Assembly: GCF_963921235.1 (NCBI RefSeq)
Contig: NC_086098.1
Coordinates: 2,480,001 to 2,544,000, forward strand
Origin: Mobula hypostoma
Lineage: Eukaryota
Direction: 5' to 3'
Length of the DNA: 64,000 nt
Both the position numbers and the translations under genes were made by a program. The notes under the pieces are model-generated. The model was given only the letters and a program-made list of their open reading frames with translations, searched no databases and was not told where the DNA came from. Of this stretch, positions 63,300 to 64,000 are shown in pieces; position 1 is the stretch's first letter, and every line of letters starts with the position of its first letter.

Positions 63300-63475
63300 C
63301 CTGGGTAATGCAACTATTCAAACAACTAGGGATACACAGTAATATTGATGTAAATCTTGAGAAAGCTGCAATGCTGAACCCCACTAGAATAGGCCGAAGG
63401 TTCCGAGCAATTGACAAATGTACGTGCTTGGCTATGCCTGTACCTCAGGTTTTACCAGCTTGAGCTGAGAAAAAA
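63300..63475 (+). mobile_element. Second R4/Dong 3' fragment
   Basis: KQLGIHSNIDVNLEKAAMLNPTRI; 3' UTR TACCAGCTTGAGCTGAGAA shared with 31846-31865. Confidence 0.65.
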
Positions 63476-63551
63476 TAAAAATAATAATAATGATAAATAA
63501 AAGATAAATATAGAGAACATGAAATGAAGAGTCCTTGAAGGTAAATCCATA

Positions 63552-63922
63552 TGTAGTGTCCTGGTTCATATCTTTACTGTTATGCTGTATGTAATTCATT
63601 TTGTGTAGCTCTGTAAGATGCTATGAAATGCTATCATCCTGTTTCGGTAATTGTTGAAGATAAGGAATGATGAGGAATGTCTGTCATCCAATTAGCAGGG
63701 GCTTTTTCTTGGCGAGGGACAATAAGTTTGGTCTTGGGCTTTTATTTGAAGGAGATGAAGAGAGAAGACACTGGGGAGAAATGGTTGTAGCATACGATCC
63801 GGTGGGAGACCCGATTGTTTGCGATGAATTGCTAGCGACATCGGAAGGTTGTGTGCTTTCACATTCACGAGGGCCCAGTGCGTGAGTGACCGAGAAGTTC
63901 AAGATGAGCTCCAACTTGTGCA
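63552..63922 (+). mobile_element. Probable LTR 5' part, interrupted by a CR1 RT fragment (63923-64000)
   Basis: Abrupt TGTAGTG start interrupting a Rex 3' UTR; other end not in the window; 63923-64000 encodes VTSSVPQGSVLGP. Confidence 0.45.
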
Positions 63923-64000
63923 CCTCTGCATGGAGGTTGGTGACCAGTAGTGTGCCTCAGGGATCTGTTCTGGGACCCCGACTCTTTGTGATTTTTATAA

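Overview
Vertebrate genomic DNA, most likely a cartilaginous fish (ray/shark), inferred from its CR1, V-SINE, Rex1/Babar and Penelope-like repeat content. The window is almost entirely nested transposable elements. They lie in very large introns around one clear host exon: 38518-38621, minus strand, 104 bp, encoding the catalytic-serine motif (GTSSAAP) of a divergent furin/kexin-type proprotein convertase. Elements include a near full-length CR1 LINE (esterase ORF1 plus APE endonuclease/RT ORF2), many CR1 fragments, Penelope-like GIY-YIG elements with target-site duplications, Rex1/Babar LINEs, two R4/Dong 3' ends, RTE-derived elements, tRNA-derived SINEs, a full-length dead Tc1, Tc1 and mariner MITEs, and a solo LTR. 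The most interesting signals are: (1) a U_UUA_AAC slippery heptamer at the CR1 ORF1/ORF2 junction, conserved in two subfamilies, with ORF2 in the -1 frame and no usable AUG; (2) at least six minimal hammerhead ribozyme motifs with intact cores in Penelope termini; (3) a perfect 89-bp fold-back Penelope mini-element; (4) apparent targeting of R4/Dong elements to one site in another TE; (5) a minisatellite grown from a 13-bp seed inside a Tc1 MITE. All family calls come from motif recognition by eye; no database searches were run, and boundaries of old elements are approximate.
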